Positions 35,266-47,108 of a DNA stretch of 64,000 bases are shown here, in pieces. Positions within the stretch are counted from its first letter, which is position 1. Each line of letters opens with the position of its first letter. The position numbers and the translations under genes were made by a program. The DNA comes from Trypethelium eluteriae (Eukaryota): positions 1-64,000 of the forward strand of contig JAVECL010000057.1 in the NCBI GenBank assembly GCA_051942245.1, in the 5' to 3' direction. Under the pieces are notes generated by a model. The model saw nothing but the letters and a program-made list of their open reading frames with translations. It was not told the DNA's origin and ran no database searches.

Positions 35266-36366
35266 ATGGCCGCTACCAAGGACAGGAGTCAGTTGACAGG
35301 TACCGTCCTAGTCGCCGGCGGCTGTGGATTCCTGGGCGCCCACATTGTCCGGCGCCTTTTGGACGATCCGGGCGTTCCTGCCGGCGTCGCCATCGTTAGC
35401 CGTAGCGCCTCCGCTAGGCTCGACCAACCCACTGACTCCAGGGTGACTTATCACAGCGTGGACATCGCCAATGATTCCGCTGTAGCTACGCTTTTCGAGA
35501 AGTTCAAGCCCCAGACTGTTATACACACCTCGTCGCCCAAGAACACAAGCAATGCGGACATCCTACAATCGACCAATGTGGAAGGAACAAAGATACTACT
35601 AAAACATGCAAAGGCGTGTAAGGAAACAAGAGTTTTTGTGTATACAAGTTCGGATTCGGCACAGAGGCCAAGTCAAGAGCTCTTGACCGAAGACAAGGCG
35701 CAGTTGTGGGATGAAATAATCTACAATAACCCGTATGGAAGGACAAAAGCAGCTGCGGATCGATTAGTGCTGGCGGCTAATGGGCCTGATCTACGCACAG
35801 CGACGCTTCGAATTCCAGGCATTTATGGTGAACATGATAACAATTTCATTCCACAGGTTATGGCAAGCTTACAGAAAGGCGAACAGAGACTACAGCTTGG
35901 CGATAACACAAAATTGTTTGAGTTTCTGTATGTTGAGAATGCTGCAGAAGCACACGTACTGGCTGCCAAGGCATTGCTACGTGCGGATAGAGACACAGCC
36001 CTCAGCCCAAACCCAGATGGTGAGGCATACTTTATTACTGACGGTCACGCACTTCCATTTTTCGATTTTATGCGTAAGTGTTACGCTGCTGCCGGCGCAC
36101 CTGTCAAACCAGAAGAGGTGAAGAGAATCTCTCTTAGATTGATACAGATAATGGCTTCTATAGGAGAATGGGCCTACGGAATTTTTACTCTGGGTACTAA
36201 AAAGCCTCAGATGCGGAGACAGGATATAGATCACTTGGATAGTGGATGTCATTGGTCGATTGAGAAGGCGAAGCAGCGTTTGGGGTATCAGCCATTGATT
36301 GATCAGGATAAGGCGATCCAGAAGACAATGCAGTGGGCAATGGAGAATGATAAACGGCTATCCTGA
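35266..36366 (+). CDS. Erg26/NSDHL-like 3-beta-hydroxysteroid dehydrogenase/decarboxylase (extended SDR), intronless
   Basis: VLVAGGCGFLG (NAD-binding), VIHTSSP, NVEGTK, FVYTSS, catalytic YGRTK, LRIPGIYGEHD, LFEFLYVENAAEAHVLAA, DGEAYFITD and SIEKAKQRLGYQP. Confidence 0.88.
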   Translation: MAATKDRSQLTGTVLVAGGCGFLGAHIVRRLLDDPGVPAGVAIVSRSASARLDQPTDSRVTYHSVDIANDSAVATLFEKFKPQTVIHTSSPKNTSNADILQSTNVEGTKILLKHAKACKETRVFVYTSSDSAQRPSQELLTEDKAQLWDEIIYNNPYGRTKAAADRLVLAANGPDLRTATLRIPGIYGEHDNNFIPQVMASLQKGEQRLQLGDNTKLFEFLYVENAAEAHVLAAKALLRADRDTALSPNPDGEAYFITDGHALPFFDFMRKCYAAAGAPVKPEEVKRISLRLIQIMASIGEWAYGIFTLGTKKPQMRRQDIDHLDSGCHWSIEKAKQRLGYQPLIDQDKAIQKTMQWAMENDKRLS

Positions 36367-36445
36367 CTCCAGCGATTTGATGGCGACCACTGCATTTGTC
36401 GTTCTATATAGTCGAGAAAGCGAAATGATATTCTCTAATCTGAGC

Positions 36446-38488
36446 CTAAGCGCCATTATCTATGATATACTTGCTACATTGTCTCCCTTCTCTTTCTCGT
36501 ACAGTAATCCTCACGCTTCTCTTGGGAATAATCGAAGATCTCCATTGGAAGGATCTCGTACCGCGAATCCTAGGCATTTCACAGTCATATTTCAAAAGCA
36601 TAGTACTCAAAACAAGCTTGAGCAATACAGTGGCGTAGAATCGGCCTGGGCTTTCATGTCTCTCAGCTTTTGTGCGCTCTAAACTGACATATCAAGCAAT
36701 CACTTACCAGATAATACGACCATAACCCCACACAAACTCTGCGCCTACTAGCTGCGATCTTTCAGCCAAAGCATCGGTACTGCCAGTTCCATAGTCCCTG
36801 CTGCCCTGAACGAACCTGAATCCGTTGAAATGTAGCGCGTTCGAGAAATAAGCATCATCCCGCATCATGGACCGATGCGGAACACACACCCAGTCTCCTT
36901 TTTGGACCTGCAGTCCATCGGAGAACGTGAAATGCTTCAATGCTTGTCGCCGTACTCCAGCTAGAATATCACTTAACCTATGATTTTCTTTTTGATTGAA
37001 GCGACAGAATACTTACTGCTCTCAAAAGCGCTCAACCTTGCGCTCTCCCTCAGAAAGCTATCTAATAAGGGCAACTCCCCAGCATTTCCTTCAAGTCCAT
37101 ACAAATTTTTCTGCTCGAGCTCTGCACGCAGCGGTTCGATGTATCCTTGTCGCGTATATAAATCCAGTATTGCAAAGGTCATGGCAATCGACAGTGTATG
37201 CACAGAGCCATACCAGACACCCATCACCTCCCCAACAAGCCTATCGATACTCCATGGATCCTTTTTTGGCGAGGTATCTATCAGCCATTGAAGGCCATCG
37301 TTCTACTCGTTGCATGAGACTGTGCTTTATTGATCTTAGGATAGGGCTTGACCTTACCTGTCTATCGGTACTACCTATGCCTTCGTGATCATACTGCACC
37401 AGTCTTTGTGTGATTTCACGTGTAAGCAGATTGTGTAATCTGCTTGCAGAGCGATAATTGCGTGTTGCCCGCCGTGCTAGGAATCGCCCAATTGGTTGAG
37501 GTAAGCAGCGAATAATCTCAGCAGCAAAAGCAGAATCATGTGGGAACTGACACACTGCTTCAAAGAATTCGTGGTTCTTAACTGGAACAAATGTTAGCAT
37601 CAAATGTATCTGAGAATTATCAAATGGAGGAAGAAATTAGGGTACCTAAGCGACTACCGAAGAAAACAGTGCAGTTCGTCTTTGCGACAAGGCTCTTAGC
37701 TAAATCGTAAAGCACAGGATTAAAAGCCCGCGAAGAAGTCTCACAGCCTTTGAAGCCGTCCTCAAGGTGACTCTCTATTACCTCTCTGAGGCGCGGAATC
37801 AGATTGGGAAGTTGACCAGTGAGGATTGTGCGCAGAGCGCGGACGAAACCAGTCCCTTCCCGACCTCGAATATCCTGCCATTCGAAGCCATGCATAGTAT
37901 GCTTTGGTTGTAGGAACTGGGTATACTATTAACTTGGCACTGTTTCTATAACGGAATTCAATGGTTGAGGAACGGTAGAGAAAAAGACAACGAGACAAAG
38001 CAGAAGAAAGCAAGAGATCTCCACCTACGTCTTTGGCAACAGCATGTAGAGACAGGACATCGAGAGGTGCACGACTAATCTCATCGAGGTGCATATAAGA
38101 TGTGACCATGTGGTGTTTACGTCCCGGAGTATAGATCTCGAATGGCTTCCCATTGGCCTGTGAATCTAGTAAGTCTAAGATCTTGAATTGAGTTACTTTT
38201 CGATGGCTTACTCGCAGATACGCATCGTTGATAATGTTGGCGCCATTGAAGAGATAAAAGATGCCGTTAATCCTGCAACAGGATAACCTACAAAGTTCAT
38301 TGAAACATTTCAGGACTCTAGAAAGAGCAAAGTGTTTCTACGATCAAAAATCAGCAATAGTACTCATAAATCTTGGTTTTCCAAACAATCAATATGATAC
38401 ATACCCAGGCTATTGAAAACCCCACAAAGAAAATTAGCACGGTAACAAGTTTTACGATAACCCTTCCTTCTATTAAAGCACCGATCAT
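36446..38488 (-). CDS. Cytochrome P450 (P450-2), ent-kaurene-oxidase/CYP54-68-503-like type
   Basis: About 8 exons that splice in frame. VLSLHAVAKD-FLQPKHTMHGF, I-helix VWYGSVHT, YIEPLRAE, LLDSFLRESARL, FTFSDG and FNGFRF. The heme motif WGYGRIIC-PGRFYA is split by an intron. Confidence 0.88.
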
Positions 38489-39469
38489 GATCGTAAGTGA
38501 AGGGTCAACCAAGTTCATCTACGCACCACAATTGAATTTGACAAGCTCCAGAGCCCACAAACCTGCCACCTAAGAGAATTCGTACGCCATGATGATCTGC
38601 GTAATGACTGTACCCGAGCTCAACCGTGCAGACACTGACGATCGAGGCATTGCCACTACGGAGCTGACAGCACGTCCACACCAGTCACGCTCGTTGCCTA
38701 CAATCCAACACTTGCCATACCTAGGATACTGCCTCGACGGGTAGAAACTTCTCAAGCGATGAGTCGCCGGCAATCTGCCCGAACGGCACATGAGACTGAA
38801 CGCGCCAATGGGCGTCACACGCGCAATGTGGACAGAAGAGGAAATAGAGCTCTCGCGATCGCTGGCTCATCTGCACCTCAGACGTACTTGTGTATGCTGT
38901 ACACAGCCATAATGGTGCCTGTCATGCTCGATTTAGACGATCGTCGGGACTCATAAGCCCACATAATGTCCTCCAAAGAGGCAAATCTGGGCGCTGAAGC
39001 CTGGTAGCATACTAGGATGCGCATATACCTATAATTTCTGGTTCTGATTCCGATGCCCCGCATACGCGGAGCTGAGGCACCAATTTTGATTAGTGCGATT
39101 GGAGCATAAGTATTCGACCAACAGGTCAGATATGCATAAGAGAGAGGTACTGTAAGCTGTGCCGCAACAGCAGAGATATCAACCAGGAGTCGGAGCTAAA
39201 ACCTGATCCAGGGATTTCTGCTCCTTTTTTCGATGCCTGGGCATCAATCAAGAGGTCAACAAGGGTGCCCAAGACTTCAGCTTAGGTTGTCAGGACCTGG
39301 TAGTGCAAGAAGAAGGGGGGTTGAAAAGTGGGCTGCAAAAGAAACTAGCTCTTGTGACGAACAAAGCAGCCTTTCAGCCCTTCTCAGTAAGAACAAACCT
39401 CTTCGCAAAGTTCTCAGTTCCTTCTCATCTGGCTTTTCTTCTAAAATTCTCCGCATTTCGACTGCAAAA

Positions 39470-41075
39470 ATGGAAACTGCCTCCATAACAGATGCAATCA
39501 GAGTTGCCATGTATCTAGTCACATTTGGTGTCATTTTAGGCATCTATGGAATCATCGACAAAGTTTTTGGAATCAAAAAGCATGCTTCTGAGCCGCCCTT
39601 CATTCCCGCAAAGATTCCATATCTTGGCCATCTCATTGGGATCATGACAGATCAAATCCATTACTATGCAAAAACTACGTAAGGTGGCCTTCCTATATTG
39701 ACCCTGTTGATCAATCACATTGAACAGAACAGGGAAAAGTATCGACAGAAGATCTATAGCCTGGCAATGCCTGGCGGTCGCATCTACATCGTCAATTCGC
39801 CAGACATCATCGCCAGTATCATGAGAGTCCCACAAGTTCTATCATTCTGGTTCATTGAGGCAGCTCTGACCAAGAGCTTGGGAGGGATTAGCGACGAAGC
39901 AAATGCAATCCTTCTGGATAATGCTCGAGGCGACAAGGGTAATAACAGCTTAGTCGTCGATGGGATGAAAGCTACACATAAAGCTATGTCAGGTGAATTC
40001 TTGAATTCAATGACACAAGCAGCCATTCGAAGGGCTAGCGATGAAATCAAACTACTTCAAGCTGATGAGTCTGCAAAGGAATTGGAGCTCTGGGACTGGG
40101 TTCAGCACGTTTACTCTCTCGCGGTATCGAGCAGCGTCTATGGAGATGCAAATCCTTATGAGGATGCAACTCTTAAACACGAGCTTTCGTAAGTCCGGCT
40201 TCGGTTGACATGAATGAGCAGTGACTAATAAGCGTAGGGAGTTTGCGGATCACACACCTACTTTTTTGACCGGCTTGCCGCCGTGGCTTTTTGTGCCCAA
40301 GGCATATGCAGCCAGGGAAAGAATCGTTGCAGCCTTTAAAAGATACTTTGCTGCAGGCAGCCATCACCAGGGGTCTGAGCTTGTCAAAGCGCGATACAAA
40401 GTGCTAAAAGAGTATGGGATCTCTGAGCCTGATATTGCGCGTTTTGAGAGCGTTAATGGGTTTGGAATCCTTCTCAATCTGACACCAACTGCATTCTGGA
40501 CAACCTGGCACGTATTCTCCGATCCGAGCCTCCTCGAGAATGTGCGTAAAGAAGCAAAAGCTGCACTTGGTAATGACGATGCCTTGAGCGGTAACTTTGA
40601 CCTCTCTAAAATCAACGATATGCCCACCTTGGGCTCCGTGCTGAAGGAAGCACTCCGCTTCCATGCATCAGGGCAAGCTGCACGCATGGTAATGGATGAT
40701 CACATGTTGGACGACAAGTGGATGCTCAAACGAGATTCTTACGTCTTCATTCCCAACAGGGCCCCACATTTCGATAGGGATGCCTGGGGTCCAAATGCAG
40801 AGAACTTCGACCCCTATCGCTTTGAAAGGAGAAGTGCGGAAAGGATTCATCCTGCCGCTTTCCGGGGGTTTGGGGGAGGGGTGAACCTCTGCCCTGGACG
40901 AGTCTTTGCTACGAAATTGATTGTCGCGGTGATTGCGGGACTTGTCATCCGATACGATATGAAGTCGATATCTGATAAGGGAAGCTGGGAACATCCTGGG
41001 CATGATGAGCGCAGTATGGCGATTGTGATTGCGCGGCCGAAGAAGAAGACGATGGTGGAGCTGGTGGGGCGATGA
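39470..41075 (+). CDS. Cytochrome P450 (P450-3), CYP7B/oxysterol-hydroxylase-like fungal type
   Basis: EPPFIPAKIPYLGHLIG, GGRIYIVNSP, YGDANPY, I-helix ILLNLTPTAFW, EALR, FDPYRF and heme motif GFGGGVNLCPGR. Two introns. Confidence 0.92.
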
Positions 41076-41710
41076 AGTAATTTGCTTTCACGTACAGCAT
41101 CTGGTTATATTATTCAACGACCACTAACCCGACAGGAATTCAGATGATACTCGCCCTTGAAGTAACTCATAACAATAAGAGTGTTATAGAGAAGTTAGCT
41201 ATATCAGCAGGCGCCTGGCGTCTTGGATTTAGCTCTTCTGTTCATAGGGGCTACATTAATGGCCGATGTATGTAGTTCATCGAAACTGTTTCTGGAAAAT
41301 GCTGGCAAAACGCTGGTCTTTGCTTCTACCTGCTTCGAGCTTGTCCGTGTTGACCGACTGGACGCTACGTCGTAGCCCCCTGACAACGGCAATCGGTCTC
41401 AGGATACTGGATCGGGATGACGTAAGTGTTATTAGGGTTACTAGCTCAGGTAGGGGAACGTCTGTTGGTGCCCTGGGAGTGTCGTGCCTGGCCCAGCAAT
41501 ATGAGAATTCAGCTCGTCCTCAAATGAACGAGAATGGAGCTGCCAAGTCGTCGACAAGGGTCTTCTGTTAGGCCGTAGGCGACTAGAGGCTCCGCGGCTC
41601 CCCAATCATTGAGGCTTGTCCGAGGCGTGCCAGCATCGATAACGGAGTACTAGCTACCTTGAGCTACGTTCAGCCGCCAGGAGACATTTTATAGGCATTA
41701 TCAACACTCT

Positions 41711-41720
41711 GTCACCCCAC
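41711..41720 (+). promoter_or_regulatory. Candidate SREBP-type sterol regulatory element GTCACCCCAC
   Basis: 9/10 match to the classical SRE-1 ATCACCCCAC, about 455 bp upstream of the P450-4 ATG. Confidence 0.35.
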
Positions 41721-42173
41721 AGCATCACGCACGCACGCGGGTTCAATTGTTGGCCTGAGAGCATGTGGAGCTTTTCAAGTCACAGTCACTGATCGACAGG
41801 AGATGCATCGACCAATCGGAAGCTCCCGGCTTCGCGATAGAGGCGCACAGACATATGGAGTCTAACCCTAAGCCCTGATCTGAAGCTGCAGATCGTCGAA
41901 TAATTAAGGCAGCCTACCTGCAGTAAGAGCTGGAATGCAATGCCGCAAATCGCAGGCAGCAGCCATGACAAGTCGCCCTGAGCTGAACTGTACGAAACTT
42001 TGCCCTTGTGCAACGCTGCGACCGCATCTCCTGCTTGGGAGGTGGTGGGGGTAAGCATGAGATTCGATGTTCAGTTCAATTACATATCGCAGCATTGCTC
42101 AAATGTACCTTTCTGAGTCGTGGCTTCATTTGCTTCATTCGCTATTGGTACATGCGTAGTGCCAACTACCAAT

Positions 42174-43860
42174 ATGTGGACTGAAAGGATTTTGAATATA
42201 CTCTCACTGCCTGCGCTTGTGATTACAGCAAAGCAGACTCCAAGCATATCCATCTTTCTCCTCTCTTCCTTTTCGCTCTTACTTTGGCATTTCGTGAAGT
42301 TTACCATTCTGCAGGCTTTTCGACCAGATGATCCTAAAGTATATCCGTACTGGATACCAGTGCTGGGCCACCTCAGAGCATTTGTCTCCAATTCCCAGGG
42401 CTTGTTAACTCGGGCAAGGTGTTCAGCGGCCTAAAGTGAGACTTCCGGTGACCATGCTAATCTCATAGTGCATAGACTTCATTTCGGCGACACAAAAGAG
42501 CCGTTTGCCCTTTCACTCGCGGGTAAGAAGTTCTATATTCTCACAAATTATGACGATGTTCAAGTCGCGTTTCGAAATTCGGACAATCTCTCCTTCGAAA
42601 TTTTCATGGAAGAGATGCTGCAAGATCTGGGCGCTACCAAATCGGCCGTCAACAGTCTATACGCGCACGCGGATCCCGCAAAAGCAATCTATCCAAATCC
42701 TTCTGGAAAACCGCTAGGGAAGCTCGCGCGTGATTTTCACGTTCATCAAATCTTCCCAGGCAACCTACTTGACGAGGTTGGCTCTGAGTTCGTCAAGTTT
42801 TTCCAGAAATCGCTTACGATCGAGTCGCTTAGCGAAGAACGATATGGGGCGAAAAGGGGTCAGGATACAGTGGAAGTTTCGCTGCTAGAAATGGCATCTG
42901 ATATGTTTACGAACTCAGCGCAGGATGTGTATTTTGGTCAGTTACTACGAAGGATTGAGCCAGAGCTAGCTTGGATCTTCCTCGAATTTGACGGACTTGC
43001 ATGGCAAGTGTTGTTCCGATACCCGCGCTTCTTGAGCAAAAAAATGATATCGGCGAGGGAAAAGGTTTTCACAGCCCTCGAGAAATACTATGCTGCGCCG
43101 CCGGAGGACCGTATGGATGTTGTTTGGTTCACGCCAACACTCGAGAAAGAACTGCGAAACTTGAACATAGGTAACCGAGACATTGCGATAATGATGATGA
43201 CTATCTACTGGGGGTAGGTGATACATACTGTTAAGATTCAAGCGCGGTCCTTGATTAATCACTCACAGAATCATCACAAATACGCGGAAAGGGGCATTTT
43301 GGATGCTTGCATACACGGTCTTCCACCCCGATCTCGTCAACATTTTGCGTGAAGAGACAGCTCCCGCGTTGAGAGGAGGTGCTGTCAATTTGAATTATAT
43401 CTGGAACCATTGCCCTCGATTGCGCGCTGTCTGGGACGAAACTTTACGCGTGACGGCGTTCTCGTCCTCGGTCCGCTACGTCAGCAAGGAAACAATCATT
43501 GGGAAAAAGATTTTGCGCAAGGGAAACCGCATCATGATGCCCTACCGCCAGGTGCATCTAGACAGTAGCATCTTTGGCGATGACGTTGAGCAATTCGACA
43601 GTGAGCGATTCCTAAAGGAAGATAGGCGTAGACGTTACCAGATGGCGTTCGGCGGGGGTTCCACACAATGCCCAGGTCGTCATCTGGCTACCCAGATTAT
43701 CATGGTCTGGGTCGCGATGATGCTCCACCGTTTTGACATCAATCTCTCAGATGGTAACCAGAAGTTTCCAGAAGCTGAGGAAGCACTTCCCGTTCTTGGA
43801 ATAATCGATGTCAAAGCATCGACCAATCTCAAGCTCAAGCTGACTAAAAGGCGAGTTTGA
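42174..43860 (+). CDS. Cytochrome P450 (P450-4), CYP7/CYP8-like, paralog of P450-1
   Basis: PKVYPYWIPVLGH, EPFALSLAG, I-helix IYWG-IITNT, ETLR, SERF and heme motif AFGGGSTQCPGR. Two introns. Confidence 0.92.
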
Positions 43861-44235
43861 GAGTCGCTCCTACGAGATTTTGCATACAGCTGTGATCTAT
43901 GAGATGGTCCTTCTAGAAGCTACTTTCTGTCATACCTCAGACATAGACTTGTCTTCAGATTCGACGTTCAACCGCATGGTACCATGATCTTATCAAAAGC
44001 CGCTTTCTGCTCATCAGTACAAGAGTCTGGGGTATGCATCGTATGCTATATTCGGGTCTACCTACGATTGATTTGTCGCCACACAGGCCCTAGTCTGCCT
44101 CTCCTATACCCCTGCACACGATAGGCAAATGTGCATACTGCAAGCCTATAGGACCCTGAACGACATGCGTATTGTTGGATATATTCCTGGCACCGTTCCT
44201 GCACCTGTAATCTCGTAGCAGAGAGCGGCTAACGG

Positions 44236-44273
44236 ATCACCCCATGTGATGGATTTTAGATCGTAATCGTATA
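44236..44273 (+). promoter_or_regulatory. Candidate sterol-response elements ATCACCCCAT (SREBP-type) and TCGTATA (Upc2-type)
   Basis: At 44236-44245 and 44267-44273, about 90-130 bp upstream of the FAD oxidase ATG. Confidence 0.35.
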
Positions 44274-44364
44274 AATTGAGTTGGTGCCTAGAAGGCTTTC
44301 AGTCTCTTTCAACTTTTACTTCACTTAATCGCTTCACATTTACAGCTGACATTTACAACTGAAG

Positions 44365-46149
44365 ATGTTGTTGTGTTATAGAATCTTACTCTATGATTTC
44401 TTTGTGATTGCTTGCGTGGCAAAATGGAGCTCTACTACGCCTCCTGTGCATCAAGATTGTGTAAGTGAGAAGATTCATCTCTTGGTTGTGACATTTCTGG
44501 CGTTCGATACTTAGATCCTTAGAGCTGATGAAGCCTATGAGATACCAACTCAAAGCAATTTTGAGCACTCAAGAAATAAATCGTCGCTTACTTTTGTTTA
44601 CAGTGCTCTAAACTCTCGACCGCCCTTCCAAATCGCACGGTATACGGCAACACTACAGTCTACCACTCCTACCTAAAGACCTACTGGGCCGAACAGGATT
44701 CTGAGATCAAACCACTCTGTGTCGTTACTGCAGAAACCACCGAAGATGTATCAACCGCCGTGCGCACTCTCGCCTCTATAAATTCAAGGACAAACAACTC
44801 TTGTCCGTTCGCCGTTCACTCGGGGGGTCACGGTAAAGGTGGAGCATCGAACCAGGCAAGAGGTGTTGACATTGATTTGAGTGGCCTGAATGGTACTTCA
44901 CTAAGTGCTGATGGGAAGGTTGCGAGGATTGGTCCCGGCGCGCAATGGTCAAGCGTGTATCTCCATCTGGACACGTTAAACCTTACTGTCCCTGGGGGTC
45001 GGGATGGCGACGTTGGCGTCGGGGGTACAGTTCTTGGAGGTACCGGAAATTGCTGTAATTCGGAAGGTTTTCTGGCGCTAACTGAATTATGAAAATAGGT
45101 GGTATCTCATACTCGTCTCCCGAGGCTGGATTTTCCTGCGACAACGTTGTCAGTGTCGAGCTTGTTCTCTCCGATGGATCTGTCAGAAATGTTAGTGCTG
45201 CCAGGTATCCGGACCTACACAAAGCGATGAGAGGTGGGAGCAATAATTTCGGTGTTGTCACACGCGTAGACATGACTACGCTGGCATTACAGAAGGTGTG
45301 GGGCGGCACGATCTATTATCCGCTCGAAACATTCGCTCAACAGTTAGAAACCCTGTATAACTTCACGGCAGATCCTAATTACGACGGGCATGCGGCCCTC
45401 ATCCAAGCTTTCGGTAGCAGCGCAGCTGAGACAGCGATCCTCAATAACTTCGCGTATAGCAACCCTACACAGGCCCCACCTGCGATTTTTGAGCCTTTCA
45501 CAAACATCACTCCGCAACTAGCCAGCACGATCCGTGAGTCGAATCTCACTGACTTTGCACTTGAGCAGGCTGCTGGATCACCAAGTGGCTTCCGGTACGT
45601 ATACATCGCGTTATCGACTTCCTATTGATGTGATAAGAAGCTGATCCATACGGTAGGCAAGCCACTTTTACCACCACATTCAAGAATTATCTGCCGATGC
45701 TGAATGCGTCGTTCCAAATATGGAACGCTTCCGTTGTGCAAGTCATCAAAGTTCCAGGTATAGCCTGGTCCTGGTCCTTTGAACCTATCGTGCCTGCCAT
45801 CACCTCTAAGTCAGCGCCCAAAGGAGGGAACATGCTCAACCTTGATCCCGCTGAGGGGCCGCTGATGTTGTGCCTACTTTCCGCATCGTGGTCTAATAGC
45901 ACCGACGATGCCTTGGTGAAAGGGGTGGCAGCGAGAGTGCTTGCAGATGTAGAGAGGACTTCGAAGCGACTTGGAGTCTACCATCCATTTCAATATCTGG
46001 GTTACGCAGCATCTACCCAAGATCCTCTTCGGAGCTATGGGACGAAGAACGTGAGATTTATGGAACGAGTTAGTAAGACATATGACAGGAGTCAGACCTT
46101 TCAATACGCTGTGCCAGGAGGTTTCAAACTGAAGAATCTGCGCTCGTAG
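44365..46149 (+). CDS. Secreted FAD-linked oxidoreductase (VAO/berberine-bridge-enzyme-like)
   Basis: Signal exon ending in DC|C, then YWAEQ..KPLCVV, FAVHSGGH (covalent-FAD His), IGPGAQW, VPGGRDGDVGVGG..LGGG, AMRGGSNNFGVVT, YLGYAASTQDPL.SYG and PGGFKL. Three introns. Confidence 0.9.
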
Positions 46150-47108
46150 ATAGTAGCCATATGGATTTCACTTACCAAACACCTGCCTTTACCGAGATTT
46201 CTCGTTACGGTCAGATAATGTGGATATCAATCATATGATTTCCTTCAGAGCCCATATTTCATCTCGAATAAGTCGATCAACGGCATGACAGGCAAAAGGT
46301 TTTGGCGTCGAACTTCAATTTCTGTGTACAAAAAAAGACAAACGATTAGGCTGAAACTATCTCTGATGAGTTGCGCATCCGTCATTGAGATTACCTTATC
46401 CGTCGCCCGTGTATTCAGGCTCAGCTGCTCCACCTACACTCACGAACTTTAGGTCTGGCTACAAGCAGTTCATTATATTCAGCAAAATATCACATATATC
46501 GATATTCAAGAAGATCGAAACTCTGGTACTATACGAATTTCAGCATCATGTATTGAACGCCAGAGGTGCAGAGAAAGGGCAAGCTCCACACGATCCAATT
46601 CTTGTCTTAACCAGTTTATGCAAGTGCCTGGAGATCCGACTTTTCAAGCAGACATCCAGCTTCCTGCTTTCGAATTTCGCCGGAGTTCCTACTTACTTGA
46701 ATATTCGCATCGACGCATGGTATGCTGGTGCGCTCAGCTAGCCGGGGGAAGGGGTTACTAGATCAGTTCGGCCAGCTCGGAAATGCAGGTGAGCTAAAAG
46801 CTAGTGATTGAATTATTGGGGGTGATGTAATTAGTCAAAAAGCGAAAACGCTGAAGTGGGCCGCCAGTCGACCGGCTGTTGTCTGGACGCTCTTTGCCCT
46901 GCCCATTGCCCAAGGCATCCGTGCAGAAGAAGCAAATACAACTGAGGCACGGAGCTGAAGATGAGTTGTAGCTGGGCCGTGCCTCTGCGTTATCGTCCTG
47001 GCGCGTGACTGGCTCTTAGTGTAGGTAAGAATGCGGCACGGTCAAGATGTCCCGCTCGCCAACGCCACCCAATACTCTACCTCCATGCCCGTTCCCCAAG
47101 TTGCACCC

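Noticed and set aside
38489..42173. A hidden backbone enzyme or small precursor-peptide gene in the cluster's intergenic gaps
   Set aside because: The gaps are about 1 kb, and their short ORFs lack DDxxD/NSE motifs, signal peptides or repeated KR-delimited cores.
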